From Amoebidium appalachense (lineage: Eukaryota; Protista; Ichthyosporea): a stretch of 64,000 nucleotides of DNA. Numbering within the stretch: position 1 is the stretch's first letter; every line of letters begins with the position of its first letter. Below are positions 11,544 to 23,439 of this stretch, one piece after another. Position numbers and translations under genes: made by a program. The notes under the pieces are model-generated. The model had not been told where the DNA came from. It did no database searches and saw only the letters and a list, made by a program, of their open reading frames with translations. The DNA is taken from contig CAVNZM010000010.1 in NCBI GenBank assembly GCA_963693365.1, positions 4,966,060-5,030,059 of the forward strand. The letters run 5' to 3'.

Positions 11544-13359
11544 ACACACGCCAAAACAACAACAAATCCCCGCCCCCCTCCCCCCCCCCCTCCCCCCCCC
11601 CCCCCCCCCCCCCCCCCCTCCCCAACTCCCCCCCGCCCTCCCGCTCCCTTGCCATTCCCCCCATTAGCTCTTCCTACTAGTTCTGAAAACACCTTTTTTA
11701 TTTTAATCCGGAAGGCTTTCAGGCATCCCAAACTCTTTCCCCCCTCACTTTCTCTGCCTCCCCCTCCCCTCCCTCTCGTCTCCCTCTCCCTCCCTCCCTC
11801 CCTCCCTCCCTCCCTTCCTCCTTCCTTTCCCCACCTTCAGCCCTTCCCCCCCCCCCTCCCCCCCCCCCTCCCCCCCCCTCCCCCCCCCCCCCCCCCCCCC
11901 CCCCACCCCTTCTCCCGCGCTCCCCCTACTGTTAACCAGGAAAGCATTAACCTAGGTAGCGTCGGGAGAGCCTCCGAGAAACCCCATGTCCTGAATTTTT
12001 GTCCATATTTTTCTTTCTTGTTGCCTATTGCTGCAACCTTAACCCCCGGCCTTTTCCACTGCTCTTGCATGTTACACCTGCTTATTTACGTAACCCTGTT
12101 CGTCTCTGATCAAGACGTATGCACTACCCTCGCTCAAGGGAAGCGGTATCTGCTTTGGTTTTTGCACGCGGGGATAATGGGCCGAAGCTCGGGTACTGTA
12201 GGTGCCTTTGGCTTGAGGATGACACATTTTGTATGTACTCTGCAAAACTTGCTTTGAATTTTCCGTCGTGGGTGTGTACCTCGCAGTCTGTGACACACTC
12301 TACCCCCCCCCCCCCCCCCCCCTCCCCCCCTTCACCCCATCTCCCCCCCTCCCCCCACCCTCCTCTCTCGAGGGAATCGTTCTGTATTTCTATGAGCCCA
12401 AACACTCTGCCTCCCTGTCACTCTACTGACCCTTTTTGACTAGTATTTACTTCGGTTTCTCCCTCAAACCTCCTTTTCACGTTATGGATTCCCCCCCCCC
12501 CCCCCCCCCCCCCCTCCTTTTTTCTTTTCTTTTCCATCTTCGTATCTCAGCGTCCCGTGTGGTTCTTTGCCTCTGTTGTAGAGTTTCTGTCTTCACTTCA
12601 TGAGGAAAACTTTTCTTCCTTCACTTCTTGTAAGTTAACAGTACACCGCTCCCATGTCAACACACATGATGGTGTCCTTCTACGTCGTCGTGGGTATTTG
12701 TATACCTTTTGCTGTCCCGCCTTTTCCTCTATCATCCCTCCCTACGTCGACTCCCCCCCCCCCCCCCCCCCCCCTCCCCCCCCTCCCCTCCCTCCGTCTC
12801 CCTCCCTCCCTCCCTCCCTCCCTCCCTCCCTCCCTCCCTCCCTCCCTCTCTCCCTCCCTCCCTCCCCCCCCCCCTCCCCTGCCTCGCTCGCTCCCTCCCT
12901 CCCTCCCTCCCTCCCTCCCTCCCTCCCTTCCCTCCCTTCCCTCCCTCCCTCCCTCCCTCCCTCCCTCCCTCACCCCTTCCCTCCCTCTCCCTCTCCCTCC
13001 CTCTCTCTCTCCCCCTCTCCCTCCCCCCCTCCCCCCTCCTCCATAGGCATAGGAACCCCCCTGATGATGGGCTCTGTTCAAATGTCTTCTGCCTGCACAC
13101 TTTTCATTTTTGTGACGTTTTTGTTGTTGCTCTTTGTTGTCTCCTCCATATTTCCAACCCTCTAACGCATACATCACCCCCCCCCCCCCCTCCCCCCCCC
13201 TTTCCCCTCTCCCCGCCCCGCCCTCTCCACACACCCCTTTCTCCCTTTCCCTTTCCCTTTCTCCCTCCTGCTCCACTGTCCATCCCTTCCTGCTCCCATC
13301 ACCTTCTTTCAGGCATTCACCCTTCTGCCAACCTCTCTGTCCAGCACACACACACACAC

Positions 13360-13392
<33 letters not shown>

Positions 13393-13462
13393 TCACCCAC
13401 CCACCCACCCATCCACCCCTTTTTCCCTCCCTCACAACTACTTCTATCTATTATTTCCTCCC

Positions 13463-13493
<31 letters not shown>

Positions 13494-13643
13494 AAAAAAA
13501 AAAAAAGCACGCACATCCTCCCCCCCCCCCCCCCCCTCTCCACACACACACACACACACTCACACAAAAGCAACCCCCGTCCCCCTCCCCCCCCTCCCCC
13601 CTCTCCCCCCACCCGTCCCCCCCCCTCCCCCCACCCGCCCAAC

Positions 13644-13694
<51 letters not shown>

Positions 13695-13915
13695 GCACAC
13701 ACACACACACACACGCACAGCTGTTCTCCATTATCGTGTTTGGCTGCATTGCAGACAAGTGCAAGCCCAGCGACTACTGCGTGTTCAACGATAGTGGCGC
13801 CTGCAATTTCGGCATTTTCGTGGGGGTTTTTTCTCTCCTCCTGACTTTTGTTTTCATCGGCACCGACTATACTGGCCCAATTTTCGGATCCATGCAACGG
13901 TAGTTACTCCCCCCC

Positions 13916-13962
<47 letters not shown>

Positions 13963-14061
13963 AAAAAAAAAAAAGAAAAAAAGAAAAGCAAAATAAGGGC
14001 GAACCTACCTAAACATACCAGAAAGATCATTGGAAAAATTACTAAGTAGATTCCTTTTGCC

Positions 14062-14098
<37 letters not shown>

Positions 14099-14400
14099 TT
14101 TCCCCCGCCCCGGTTCATCCTCTACTGTTCCTATGTAGGCACCATCAAACACATAAAATTATTAGTAGCCCCTATCTCTTGTGAGATAGGTATGGTTGGT
14201 GGTGGTGGTGTGTGTGTGTGTGTTTGGGGGGGGGGAGGGGGGAGGGGGGCTTAGTCTTTGGCTACGTTATGTGTGTGTTTGGGTTCGGTGGGGGTGCATG
14301 TATAGGTGCCGATGTGTTCTTGTGCAGGGTGTCTGTATGGCTTTGTATGTATCGAATGTGTGCCTATGTGTACTTATCAGCCCCCTATTCCCCTCTTACA

Positions 14401-14433
<33 letters not shown>

Positions 14434-16422
14434 CACACACACACACACACACATACACACAGACGCGCGCACGCACACACGTATGCATGCATGCACCCAC
14501 ACCTACCCACACACACACATACACACACACACACACACACACATGCACACATTCTCTTGCCCAATTACACACATCTATCCCCCCCCCCCCCTCACACATA
14601 CACACACACCATCCTAACCGACCTCCTTTCCCTCCCCCCTCCCGCCGATCCCCCTCCTCCCCCCCCCCCCCCCCCCCCCCCCGCCCCTTCCCGCCCCACA
14701 CACACACACGCACACATCCCCCCTCCCCTCCCTTCCCCTCTTCTCCCCCCCCCATCTCCCCCCCCCCCCCCCCTCTCCTCCCCCCCCCCCCCCCCCCCCC
14801 CCCTCCACACACACACACACACACATCCCCCCCCCCCCCCCCCCCCTTCCCCCCATTTTTCTTGCTTCTGCTTATATGCTGCAACTTTAACCCCCGGCCT
14901 TTCCCACTGCCCTTGCCTGCATAAGCAACCCTGCTCGTCTCTGATCAAGACGGGTGACTTACCCATGTTCAAGTGAAACAGTATCTGAGTTGGGTTTCGT
15001 TAACGAGGTGAATAGGTCGAAACTCGGGTACTGTGGATGACGTGGGCCCCCCCTGAGGATGGGCTCTGCTTATTATGCATACTCTTTATGTATGGCTTGC
15101 ATTCTGCATCGTGTTATCCGTTTGTTCTTGTGTACTTCGTATTTTTTGACGCATTCAAACCCCCCCCCCCCCCCCCCCCCCCCAACACACACACACCCAC
15201 ACGCACAGGCTCTTCGGTATGCTCGAACTAGCAGTTACTGCCACCACCACCCTCCTCTGGACTATTGCATTCGTTTACATGGCCGATCAGTGGAGAAAGG
15301 ATCAGGGCCCACCTTCGTTTTTGGGAATCACACACTGGCCTACAGGAACAGTGAATAACGCACAGGCTGCAGTCGTTTTTGCGTTTTTCTCGGTTTTTGC
15401 GTGGATGGGTTCGACTTATAGCGCGCTTGTGAGACTGAGGGACGGGACACAGCATGTGTCAGTGTCGGCAGGTGAATATGGTATGTGGTGGTTTGTGGGA
15501 GTGGGTGTGTGCTGGATTGATGTAGGTGGTGAATGTGGGGTGAATGTGTTGGGTTTGGTTGTGTGGTGAATATGTGGGGTATATTTGTGTGGTGAATTTG
15601 GGGTGAATATGGAGTATATTTGTGTGGTGAATGTGGGGTGAATGTGTTGGGTTTGGTTGTGTGGTGAATATGTGGGGTATATTTGTGTGGTGAATTCGGG
15701 GTGAATATGGAGCATATCTGTGTGGTGAATGTGGGGTGAATGTGTTGGGTTTGGTTGTGTGGTGAATATGTGGGGTATATTTGTGTGGTGAATTTGGGGT
15801 GAATATGGAGTATATTTGTGTGGTGAATATGTGGGGTATATTTGTGTGGTGAATTTGGGGTGAATATGGAGTATATTTGTGTGGTGAATATGGGGTGAAT
15901 GTGTAGGGTATATTTGTGTGGTGAATATGTTAGGTATATTTGTGTGGTGAATTTGGGGTGAATATGGAGTATATTTGTGTGGTGAATATGGAGTGAATGT
16001 GTAGGGTATATTTGTGTGGTGAATATGTGGGGTATATTTGTGTGGTGAATTTGGGGTGAATATGGAGTATATTTGTGTGGTGAATATGTGGGGTATGGTA
16101 TATGTGTGTGGTGAATCTGGGGTGAATATGGAGTATATTTGTGTGGTGAATATGGGGTGAATGTGTAGGGTATATTTGTGGTAATTATTATGTGAAGATG
16201 TAGGGGGGGGGGGGGGGGGGAGTTTCTAGGATACGGCTAGCATTTTTTACATGCATATCGGGTAAAAAGTTTGAAATGGGGAGGGGATAGCTCGAAACAA
16301 GTTGCTATAGAGATGGAGAGACGGAAAGTAGGCATGGGCTAGGGAAAGATATGCAACTGACATTTTTGGTAGCAGAACCTCGGGAGACATTCTACCAGGG
16401 TGGAGGCTACCAGTCTGGATAA
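11425..16422 (+). CDS. SYNGR: Synaptogyrin-like MARVEL-domain tetraspan vesicle membrane protein
   Basis: Exons 11425-11484 ([20 protein letters not shown]), 13721-13899 ([34 protein letters not shown]), 15209-15480 ([14 protein letters not shown]...[15 protein letters not shown]) and ~16373-16422 ([15 protein letters not shown]; TAGCAG tandem acceptor, ACTGAC branch-like site). Phases 0,2,1 are consistent. Motifs match synaptogyrin FSIxVFG, CxxNxxACxxG and AxAAxxFxFFSxxxW. Confidence 0.82.
11931..12302 (+). mobile_element. Diverged copy of the C-tract-associated repeat (A-like 5' part, C-like 3' end)
   Basis: Shares TTAACCCCCGGCCTTTTCCACTGC, CGTCTCTGATCAAGACG, CTCGGGTACTGT and TGAGGATG with 707-1316. 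Flanked by C runs. A further relic lies at ~13053-13170 (CCCCCTGATGATGGGCTCTG). Confidence 0.65.
14855..15159 (+). mobile_element. 5'-truncated subfamily A copy in synaptogyrin intron 2
   Basis: Nearly identical to 1012-1316. C runs on both sides. Ends GACGCATTCAAA then a C run, ~50 nt before the acceptor at 15208. Confidence 0.85.
15525..16182 (+). repeat. Degenerate minisatellite (GTGGTGAATATG/GGGGTATATTTGT units) in synaptogyrin intron 3
   Basis: Dozens of GGTGAAT cores in interleaved ~25-38 bp variants. Confidence 0.9.
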
Positions 16423-16432
16423 GGTGGGTGTT

Positions 16433-16466
<34 letters not shown>

Positions 16467-17310
16467 TGAGTGTGTGTAAGTTTTTATCTCATTTTTTTTT
16501 TCTGTTCAATGTCTCTGCTTCCACGGTGGCCACCCTCGAGTGCAAAAAATCCCCCCCCCCCCCCCCCCCCCCTCCCCCCGCCCCTAATTACACTTAAAAA
16601 AAAAGGGGGGGGGGGGAGGGGGGGGTCTGGGGGGGTGCGCTATCTTGCGCCGAATCATAGTAGGACAGAGGATACACGCAGTTGTAGCATTGAACATTCT
16701 TTGACAAATTCCCGAGGGGATTGGATTGGTGGGCGGCGGGCGGCGGGCTGGGGGGGGGGGGGGGGGGGGGAGGCTTCATTTAATGGAAGCTCGACACAAA
16801 GAAGACACACTATGTTTATGAGAGTCTATCGTCGACTGCATGCTAACACGTGTTTACGGCACAACAGGGTGCTGGGTCGTGGAGGTTTAGCAACGCAGCA
16901 AACAGCAAGGAACCGATTGAAATTCCGCGCTAGAATATGATTTCTGTTTAGATTAGGTCATACATTGGGCCATATCGAAGGTGGTTTTTTCGGTGTTTCG
17001 GAATTTGATGTTTTTCGATCTTTCTGTCACTGCTTTTGTCTATAATCGATGTTAAACGGGGAGTTTAGACGATACACGCCTATGCACACACAGACAAGCA
17101 TACATGCATGTACTTATCTAGCATTAGTGCTAGTGTTCTCCCTTTTTTTCCTTTTCTTTTTTGTGCACATGCTCTCTCATGTATGGTTTACACCCTTTTT
17201 ATATATCATTGTATAAATTGAATGACTGATACTTGATGGGATAGGAGCGGATATGTGTGTAGGGGGTGGGGTGGCCATGGGTTGGGAGGGAGAGGCGGCG
17301 GCGGCGGCGG

Positions 17311-17345
<35 letters not shown>

Positions 17346-19432
17346 GGGGGGGGAGGGGGGGGGGGGGAGGGGGGAGGGGGGGGGGAGGGGGGGTTCCAAT
17401 ATTACTGCCGATGAAATGGGAGCCGTTTTTAGTTTGTGCTGGACACAAAGTTGAATGCTGCTGTTGGGACACATGGGCCATGTCAGGCCCACTGGGCCAG
17501 GCACCATTTTTGGAAGTAAAGCCTAATGATAAATACAAATGGTTAACGACAGGACACGCGTGATACTTGTAAGTGCTGTTTGAACCGTGGTTTGTGGAAC
17601 AAACGGGGGGCCAGATGGCGTGTAGGAACGCTTTCTCCATGTGTGTGCATGCATGCACATCCCAGGTCCTGCCATTTATATAGCTGTTTGGATTATACTC
17701 CATATATGGATAATCGGCTGCAGGGGATGCCCACGGCAAATTGGTTAGCTGGCTGATAACGTAATAAAAACCACTCTGCATTTTACGACACAAAGCGCGT
17801 TATTTCATAGCTTATGCCACATATAAAAATGCCTCAATATAAGGCGCCATTATATGGCACGTAGGCATAAGTGTCAGCGGTCAAACGTTCACATGATTTT
17901 TGCCTGTATATGGCATGTATTGACTCTTTTTGGGCATTGCGCCACACCACATGCACCGGCTGCACCACCGAGATATGTCAATTCAGCCGTGAATTGTTGT
18001 CTTAGATCTGAAATAGGCAACTGCAGCTGATATATATTTCTCAATATTAATGGATGCGTGAGATCGATCACCCATGTAATTAGGTTCGCTTTTTGTGTGG
18101 CAGCACGCATTCGAAACCGCGGTCAGCTGAAGACTAGCTAGCTTAATTGAGCTCGAGCCCGGCTATATTATCATACCACTCTTGCTTTCGGCAGCCGGGA
18201 GTGTAAACCCACCCAGGCCGAGCGCTGTTTTTCCATGAGGTTCCCCTGGGGGTCCTACGTACGGGTAACTATAAAACATATTGTTATTTTGTGTATGTGT
18301 GTGAGTACGTGGGCAAGCTAAACGGGATTGGAAGCTGTTCATGATATATAAGAAAGGTACTATGAATGCCTGGCTAGCTAGTATAGGTGAAAACTTTCGA
18401 AGCACATGAGCAGCACGCGCATATTCCTAATTTTTTAGTTGCTTTATAAGATTTTTTTTTTCTCTGCGCGCCAAAACTTCCCGTCCAATTTTCAAAGGCT
18501 AATCAGTCAATCGCGTGCGGATTATTGGTCGATGCATTTTTTTTTGATATATGGCAATATTGCTACTTTTTTTAGATGTTTTATTACAGATAGTGAAGAT
18601 ACCACGGCATATTTCCAATGCACCACATGCACATCATGTAGTATCCGAAGGTTTAAACCGAGTGGCACGATGGGGTAGGAGTTAAACAATTTTTCGCAGC
18701 AGCAGTGATCTCACACAAAGTTTGCGTTCTCATGGAGCTAGGCAATAAGGCATAATGGGGTTTATGCTGTTGAGCTCAAGGCACCAGAGAGACCAGTCTC
18801 AGGTATGGGGGGGGTTTGCTTCGTATATCCCCTCGTGTGATCGTATAAGGTACATAGATGTCGGGTGATAATCTGGGATAACATTTGGACCAACTTATAA
18901 CTTCTTAGATAACCCTTAGTACTAATTCACCACGTATGGTAACTTCTTCACGATTATAAACCTAACTTCACCATATGCATATACATGTCCATATGGACAT
19001 CAAGTAGCTTAATCCACTGGTTGCCGCCAACCTTGGAAACATCTTCGATTAGTGAAATGGGGATTCCGCTTCAATCCAAACGGTCCAACGGGTATGCAGA
19101 ATGATAAACCCCGCTGACGGCAATTATTTACAAATCTCGAAATTTTTTCATCCAAGCTGCAATGGTATAACCCCCCCCCCCCCTCCCCCTCCCCCCCCCC
19201 CCCCCCTCCCCCCTCCCCCCCCCCCCCTCCCCCCCGCCCCCAACCCCACCCCACCCCCCGCCCTGGAACACCACACAGCATTATTGAACGGTGAAAGGTT
19301 CCCAAAAATTGTATCCATACGATAAGTACACGAAGCAAATGAATTTACCAGTCTCACACTACGGGAGGAGGGGGGGGGGGGGGGGGGGGGGAGGGGGGAG
19401 GAAGAGAGGGAGGGAGCATGCATTGGCATGTA

Positions 19433-19464
<32 letters not shown>

Positions 19465-19767
19465 ACCAGCACACACACGAACACCACACGGCAAAGTGAA
19501 ACTTTCAACTTGCCACACACATTGTGACCATACATCTAACAATTCATATTTGTGCCAATCTCGCAAAACGAACATCAAAGCCAGCATAGTATCTCTCCCC
19601 CCCCCCTTCCCCCGGGGCCTAAACTCCCCTCTCCCTTTCCAACCCCCCGTCCCCCCCCCCCCTCCCCCTCCCCCCCCCCCTCCCCCCCCCCCCCCCCCCC
19701 CCCCCCCCCACACACACACACCCTCTCCCTCCCTCCCTCCCCAAATACATAGCCACCCGCAAACAAG

Positions 19768-19996
19768 TCATGCCGAGATATACCGAGATATACCGAAAAT
19801 CACACCGCCCCACCCCCACGTATATCTGCTATCCCGTGGCCCGGTGACCTGTTTCACCTCGAGATATTCTTCAAGTCCTGCCTCCCCCAGTTCCCTCCCC
19901 AGGCCGCTCTGTCTCATTCCCCCCCAAGGCGCCTCAATAAATGCTGGCTGACTGCAGTTCTCCCACACAACACCTGTGGAGAGAGGCGTGAGTGTG

Positions 19997-20045
<49 letters not shown>

Positions 20046-20430
20046 GGGCGGCGGCGGGGGCGGGGGGGGGGGGGAGGGGGGAAGGGGGGGGGGGGGAGGG
20101 AGGGGGGGTTTAGTAATGAATGGTTTAGAGTATGATCGGGGTGAGGGGTGGGGTGGGCTGAAGGGCCGGGGGGGGGGGGGGGGGGGGGGGGGGGAGTGAT
20201 GTATGAACTAGAGAATTGAGATAATGGAAGCATAGCCCCCCCCCCCCCCCCTCTCCCCCCCGTCGCAAAGAAATATGGAACCAACGTGTTCATTCGTGCA
20301 GGTGTTTGTGTGAGAATATCTGTTAACAGCCCAGTTGACCTGGGGGTGGCGTGGTGGGCTGGGAGAGGGAGGGGCCGAGGGGGGCGAGGCCCCCCGGGGG
20401 AAGGGGGGTGGGGGGGGAGGGGGGGGGGAG

Positions 20431-20497
<67 letters not shown>

Positions 20498-21382
20498 ATG
20501 AGGAGGGGGGAGGATTGCAAGGCATTACCTGCTCTGAGGCGCTTTGCCAGCCTGCGGGTGGTGGCCCTGTCACGTGACATGACCGAGGCAGCCAATCCAA
20601 AAGGAGTGTCGTTGGCCAATCGGATGGCTTCATCCTCGTCCCGATATGGCATCACCGCTAGCACGGGTCCGAAGATCTCCTCCCGCCAGATTTCTGGAGA
20701 AACAAAAAAGAGAGGGAGGGGGGGGGGGGGGGGGGGGGGGGGGGAGGGCCGGGAGGGAGGGGGTAGGAGGGGGAGTCGGGTGTGTGTGCGTGTGTGTGTG
20801 TGTGTGTGTTGGGGGGAGGGGAGGGGAGGGGGGGGGGGGGGGAGGGAGGGAGGGCTTGTTAAGATGTGCGCTGATGTTTGTGTGATGGTGAGTTATGTGA
20901 GGCACACCAGGAAAGAGCCAAACACCGTGCCTTTTATGCATACCTACCCTCCCCTCTCTCCCTCACTCACCCCCATCCCCCCCTCCCCCCCCCCTCCCCC
21001 CCCTCCCCCCCCCCCCCCCCCCCCCCCGCCCCCAAAAGGAAGAAGGAGAGAGTAAATAAATAGAAATTACACAAATGATAAAATTGAGTGAACATGGGTA
21101 GAAAAACATAGAATCATGACCAAGATAATCATGCAGGCTCCATTCATTTCGTTGACTATTTGTAGAGCGCTTGGAAGGGTCAATATAACCGCACAAGCAC
21201 ATACACATACACACATATGCGCGCCTACAAAACACACACACACACACACACACGCACACACATACACACGCATGCAAGCACCCACGCACACACACACACA
21301 CACACATGCTTGCACATGCACACACACACGCACACACACAAGCATAAACACCCACCCACCCACACACATGCGCGCGCACACA

Positions 21383-21430
<48 letters not shown>

Positions 21431-22238
21431 CACGCGCACACACACACAAACAAGCGTGGTTTTGCGCATACTGAAGCTCTTTCATTCATCCACACAACAC
21501 ATATGCACACACACACACACTCATTTTCACACTCATTCCCCTGTATTTAATATCACAGAGCACCTTTCCGATCATCTTACACAACAGCACATACACATGG
21601 TCCACCCACCCATTTCCGGCCTGACGCCAGTGAAAACCGTCGGTGCCACATAAAACCCCCCCTCGGGTACATTTTCGGGCCGGGAGCCTCCCGCTTTCAG
21701 TATAGCGCCCTGGGAATTTGCCCTCTCAATGAACCCCAGAATCTTTTTCATCTGCCCCTCACTGACCACCGGCCCCACTTTGACGGTTTCCCCCTCTGGC
21801 CCGAGTGAGTCTCCGACTTTCAGCTCCTGTTTCGTGTGTGAACATCCATATGAATCGATCACATATTTCCGTTTCATCCTCCCCCCCCCCCCCCCCCCCC
21901 CCCCCCCTCCCCCCCCGTTTCTCTCTTCCTACGCCCTCTTGCGCCTCCACCTCACCATTATTCCCCAGCATACAAAAAGAAAAAAAAGAAAACGAAAAAA
22001 GAACGAGAAAGGGTAGAGGGGAAAAAAAAAAATCAAGATTAACACCACCTTTATTCCCCAAATCCCCAAGCATATGACAGATGCAAAGACTAACCATCAA
22101 AAACCTCCTTAACACAGCCTTCCAGAATCTTTTGCCATACACCATGATCCACCACCCCCAACTCTGTCTCCGGAATAAAGAGCTTTTTGAACTCCCCCCA
22201 CCCTTCTTTCCCACCACCACACTTCTTTCATTCCCGCC

Positions 22239-22277
<39 letters not shown>

Positions 22278-23404
22278 CGCCCCTTCACCCTCAATCAGCT
22301 GCACACATGCGCGGACAAGCACACGCGTATACACACATGTGTGCATGGTGCATGCACACATGTACACCCACATGGCATCCACTCACTTGTATATAGCTCC
22401 ATATCCCACAAACACTCTACACATTCACCCAAAACTGGTAAACATCACGGGCATTCCAGCCACCAATCCAATCACATTCCCCCTCCCCCCCCTCCCCACT
22501 CCCCCAGAGACGCCAACCCACTCACACGCCCCCCACCCACCCACCCACCCACCCACCCACCCACACCCATTCCCCCCACCTCCCCTTACCTCTTACCCAC
22601 CCCCCCCCCCCCCCCCCCCAAAACTACCCGCCCACACCCATCCAGCCCCCCCCCCCTTTCCCCTCTCCCCCTCATCCCCCCCCCCCCCCCCCCCCCCCCC
22701 AACCCTCCCCCCACCTGCAAACCCTTCCCTCCCCCCTTCCCCCCCTCCCCCCCCCCCCCCCCCCAAACACACACCCACACCTGTGCTTTCCTCACAATCT
22801 CCCCCACCAGCCGATCGTGCACGTGCTCATGCACAAGCAGGCGGGAGGTAGCGCTGCATATCTGGCCCGTGTTCTGGAAAATTCCAACCAGCACCCAGTC
22901 CACGGTTGCTTTAAGGTCTGCGTCTGCGCTTACAATCATGGCTGATTTACCGCCTAGTTCAAGCGATACTCCTTTAACGTGGTCGGCTGCCGATTTCATG
23001 ATCTGTGGAGTGAAAGTGAGAGGGTTTGGTGAGTGGGTGAGTGTGTTGTTCTTGTGACGTAGCAAAATGACGAGAGAGGAGACAAAAAGGGGTGGTAGTG
23101 GTAGTTGATGCTTGAGGTGACGGTGACGGTGGTGGTGGTGGTGGTGGAAGCGGTGGTGTGTGTGTGAGTGTGTGTGTGTGTGTGTGCATGTGCTCATGTG
23201 TGTGTGTGCGTGTGCATATGTGTGTGTGTGTTTTTTTTTTTGGGGGGGGGGAGAGGGCATGACGGTTTACTAGGATTCCCGCATAAAAACTAGAAGGGTG
23301 AGTGGGCCAGGAGACGCGCGGGGAGGAAGGGGGGGGGGGAGGGGAAAGTGTGTCTGTGTGTGTGTGCTAGGGGGGGGGGGGGGGGGGGAGGAGGGGGGGA
23401 GAGA

Positions 23405-23439
<35 letters not shown>

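Noticed and set aside
15525-16182. Telomeric or subtelomeric array
   Set aside because: The units are long, degenerate and inside a modelled intron.
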